Assembly (NCBI GenBank): GCA_009602725.1 | Contig: WELB01000010.1 | Coordinates: forward strand, 332,684 to 377,732 | Source of the DNA: Spirogloea muscicola | Taxonomy: Eukaryota | Length of the DNA stretch: 45,049 bases | Direction: 5' to 3' | Shown here: positions 40,101-45,049 of the stretch, in pieces | Numbering within the stretch: position 1 is the first letter of the stretch | Layout of the letters: each line of letters opens with the position of its first letter | Translations under genes and position numbers: made by a program | The notes under the pieces: model-generated | Seen by the model: the letters and a program-made list of their open reading frames with translations, nothing else | Databases searched by the model: none | Told to the model about the DNA's origin: nothing

Positions 40101-41495
40101 TTGTGTCTCAGTGCCATGAAGAGTAGGCACTTGCAGCTGCACTTCTCCTTTCCCAACGGCTGGCTGCACACTATCATCACCCAGATGGATGTCAAAATCC
40201 GGAACAGACTGGTAGTTCTGGAGCCAGTCTCGCCTGTAGGTGAGATGATGAGATGCTCCGCTGTCAATCAGCCAGCTATCAGAATTCGACCTGTCAGCCT
40301 GTCTGGACAGATGTGCCTCTCCCTCAGCATAGCTGCCTCTGCCTCTCCTACGATTACCACCAGAGCCCAGAGCCCTCTTCTTGGGGCAATCGTTGATAAC
40401 ATGACCTGGTTCACGGCAGTAGAAACAGATTCTAGGATACAGTGGATTCCTGTTCCACCCTGCAAACTGATCTTCATTCAGACGACTACTGCCACCAGTC
40501 CCGCTGCGAGCAACAGTTGGCTGATGAAGCCTTGATTGATTCAAGTGATGCCGGAGGTCTTGCTCAGAGTTGCGTCTAGCCAGCAGCGCTGCTTGTGAAC
40601 CTGTCAGAGAGCCTATGAGAGAACCTGTCAGAGAACCTGTGTTTACAGAACCTGTCAGAGGTCCTAGGGGATACCCTGTCAGAGTCCCTGTCAGATGGCG
40701 GTGTTGCTCCTCCAATGCTCGCTCCTTATGAAGGAGTCGAGCCAGCACAGATTCGACAGTCAGGTTGTCAGCGCTGACCATCTGCAATGTATCTCTAACA
40801 GTATCATACGCAGGCGGGAGTCCCATAAGTATGGCCAGAACTTGGAAGCGGACTGGAACCTCCTCGCCGATGTCATGCAGTTGAAGGGCCAGTGATGTCA
40901 CCCTGCCTACAAATGCCTGAATGGACTCAGCCTCCTCCTTTCTGCACTCGCGCAAGCGCATGCTGAGATAGTAAGCCCTGTCAGTGCCGCGGTTCTCAAA
41001 CTTGTCCTTGAGATACTCCCAGATGCCACTAGCCAGAGACAGGTTGACAACACCTATCACCTCTTCATCATCCAGATTGGCGGCAAGAATTGCTGAAGCT
41101 ACGACATTCTCACGAGAGAAGGGCCGACAAAGCCCTCGATCAGCTGAAGGCTCTACAGCCTCCCAGACATTCTGAAATTGGAGCATCTTCTTCATCCTGT
41201 ACTTCCAAACTAACCAGTTTGCATCTCGGCCAAGCTTCGGAGTCAGAACAGGAATCGAACCCAGAGAACCCCCGAGGGGTGGGCCCATAACCTGAAAACC
41301 GTCCTGTGCTGCGCGCTCTTGCACCTGACCTGTGTTGTACACGGCTCGCTCAGCATCTGTGTCTCTCCAGTCTTGCTCCTCCACTGAGCGTCCTCCAGGT
41401 CCAGCAGATCGGCCTCGTTGAGGCGGTGGCCCTCGTTGAGACGGCGGCCCAGCAGAGCGACCTCGTCGCAGTGACTCAGACGCAGATGTACTCAT
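37176..41495 (-). CDS. Copia Gag-Pol polyprotein (Gag, zinc knuckle, protease, integrase, RT, RNase H), 1439 aa
   Basis: CFYCREPGHVINDC, WLIDSGASHH, WHARLGH..CRSC, HSDVCGP..SDNGGEY..NGVAER, RYKARLVAKG, YVDD, EAEY and ADILTK, in copia domain order (IN before RT). Confidence 0.97.
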   Translation of the reverse strand: MSTSASESLRRGRSAGPPSQRGPPPQRGRSAGPGGRSVEEQDWRDTDAERAVYNTGQVQERAAQDGFQVMGPPLGGSLGSIPVLTPKLGRDANWLVWKYRMKKMLQFQNVWEAVEPSADRGLCRPFSRENVVASAILAANLDDEEVIGVVNLSLASGIWEYLKDKFENRGTDRAYYLSMRLRECRKEEAESIQAFVGRVTSLALQLHDIGEEVPVRFQVLAILMGLPPAYDTVRDTLQMVSADNLTVESVLARLLHKERALEEQHRHLTGTLTGYPLGPLTGSVNTGSLTGSLIGSLTGSQAALLARRNSEQDLRHHLNQSRLHQPTVARSGTGGSSRLNEDQFAGWNRNPLYPRICFYCREPGHVINDCPKKRALGSGGNRRRGRGSYAEGEAHLSRQADRSNSDSWLIDSGASHHLTYRRDWLQNYQSVPDFDIHLGDDSVQPAVGKGEVQLQVPTLHGTETQLLKDVYHAPGLTSNLLSVSQLLDKGYYVAFAGNVCTISKSGAPILTGRRSGDLFTLDGQVQTQKQVQNPIQVQGSVNVSESDKNTFEQWHARLGHPNIQRMKKLKNLVHGVEPFVRDVEPDFCRSCVQGKLHLQQPLAGEHFRASTLLELVHSDVCGPMQVPSLGGSRYILSFIDDASRWSKVYFLKNKSEVLDKFMRFKAAVELQTGKKLKALRSDNGGEYTSKEFERFCQQQGIHRQLTATYRPQQNGVAERWNRSVMEIARCLLFHLYTPSEFWAEAVATAVYLKNRMPTSAVEGMTPQEVWTGKKPTVAHLRVFGCSAWVHVPTEMRHKLQSKARQCVMVGYGEHVKAWKMFDLENRRMIFSRDVVFDEQRGPDYSAFPLRPSETVGDMQWWPVSEEPDIVNTVEAGSESGDGVEARAGGEDLEENAAPFGVSRTDIRALAAVVLHEPLTMQEAMSSDAALKWKAAAEAELDSIKENKTWDLVELPAGRKAIPSKWVFKIKLKGDGSVDRYKARLVAKGCAQKEGIDYNETFAPVVKNSAVRSLLAMAAIHDLEIEQMDVTTAFLNGDLEEEIYMQQPAGFKVKGKESQVCKLKKALYGLKQAPRAWYAQIDTFLLNQGFKRSEADHSVYVREKPAKVVLALYVDDLILLGDSATEVKRVKQELSSRFKMKDLGPLEYLLGIQIKRDRSQRILTLSLSKYITEVLDRFGMQDCNPISTPQDTKQTLSKDQGPKTNRDRQKMAQVPYREAVGCLMYIAVAARPDIAAAVGVVAQFVQDPGVEHWKAVKRIMRYLQGSKTLCLTFRNTGDKSDELVGFCDADLGRSLDDRKSVTGYAFQLGAGTVSWSSRKQPTVATSTVEAEYMATTAAAKEAIWLRRLLQECGFLSSSSATTLFSDSQGSIALIKSPVYHARTKHIEIQHHFIREKVDEGVIKMQHCSSADMTADILTKGLFKPEYDRCRSLLGLADSHI
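41278..41292 (-). promoter_or_regulatory. Primer-binding site complementary to the anticodon arm of initiator tRNA-Met
   Basis: Minus strand GGTTATGGGCCCACC. The plus strand GGTGGGCCCATAACC matches the plant tRNAiMet anticodon stem-loop, not its 3' CCA end. Confidence 0.85.
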
Positions 41496-41734
41496 GGTGG
41501 TAGACAGACTTGGATCTCAGACAGACAGTCAGACAGCACAGGCTCCGCCCTCACCCAAGGTGGGTGGCAGCCTGGCTAGGGCGCACGGGCGCACCGCGTG
41601 GCCTCAGATGTGGAGAGTGAGCACGACGGGTGCCCGAGGCCTCCCTTATCCAGGGGAGACTCTCAGGGCCCAATAGACGGGCGGGATGGTCACCCACCCC
41701 GACCCGCCGATTCAACATATTACAATATTCAACA
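41293..41734 (-). repeat. 5' LTR
   Basis: TGTTGAAT…TTTTCA on the minus strand, followed immediately by the PBS. Confidence 0.95.
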
Positions 41735-41789
41735 GCCGCCCCACCTGCGCGCTCGAATCTACAGTGAATTTGCGGGCAAGCGTCCGGGG

Positions 41790-45049
<3,260 letters not shown>

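Larger units (their letters stand above)
36728..41734 (-). mobile_element. Full-length Ty1/copia LTR retrotransposon (~5.0 kb), hemivirus-type primer site
   Basis: Two 442-bp LTRs (TG…CA). 5-bp TSD GCCGC at 36723-36727 and 41735-41739. PBS, PPT and one intact gag-pol ORF. Confidence 0.97.

Overview
GC-rich, intron-containing eukaryotic nuclear DNA. The gene set points to a green-plant lineage, most plausibly a streptophyte alga (inference). Seven spliced host genes can be reconstructed: a plastid FKBP17-2-like PPIase, endonuclease V, a SINE1/2-like ARM-repeat plant KASH protein, plastid MurA, plant-type SDH5, an uncharacterised HhH-GPD DNA glycosylase and violaxanthin de-epoxidase-related VDR. 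There is one intact, young Ty1/copia element (442-bp LTRs, GCCGC target-site duplication (TSD), half-tRNAiMet primer-binding site). Four intergenic islands consist almost entirely of 3' ends of at least five divergent CRE-like (restriction-like endonuclease) non-LTR retrotransposon families. These families insert into each other's pyrimidine/CT-rich 3' UTRs with visible TSDs, share a conserved 3' RNA stem-loop, and leave 14-75 nt micro-insertions. The window ends in a long (CT)n tract attached to one such 3' end. Family letters A, B, C, D, E and F are my own labels. Exon coordinates were read by hand and may be off by a few bases.
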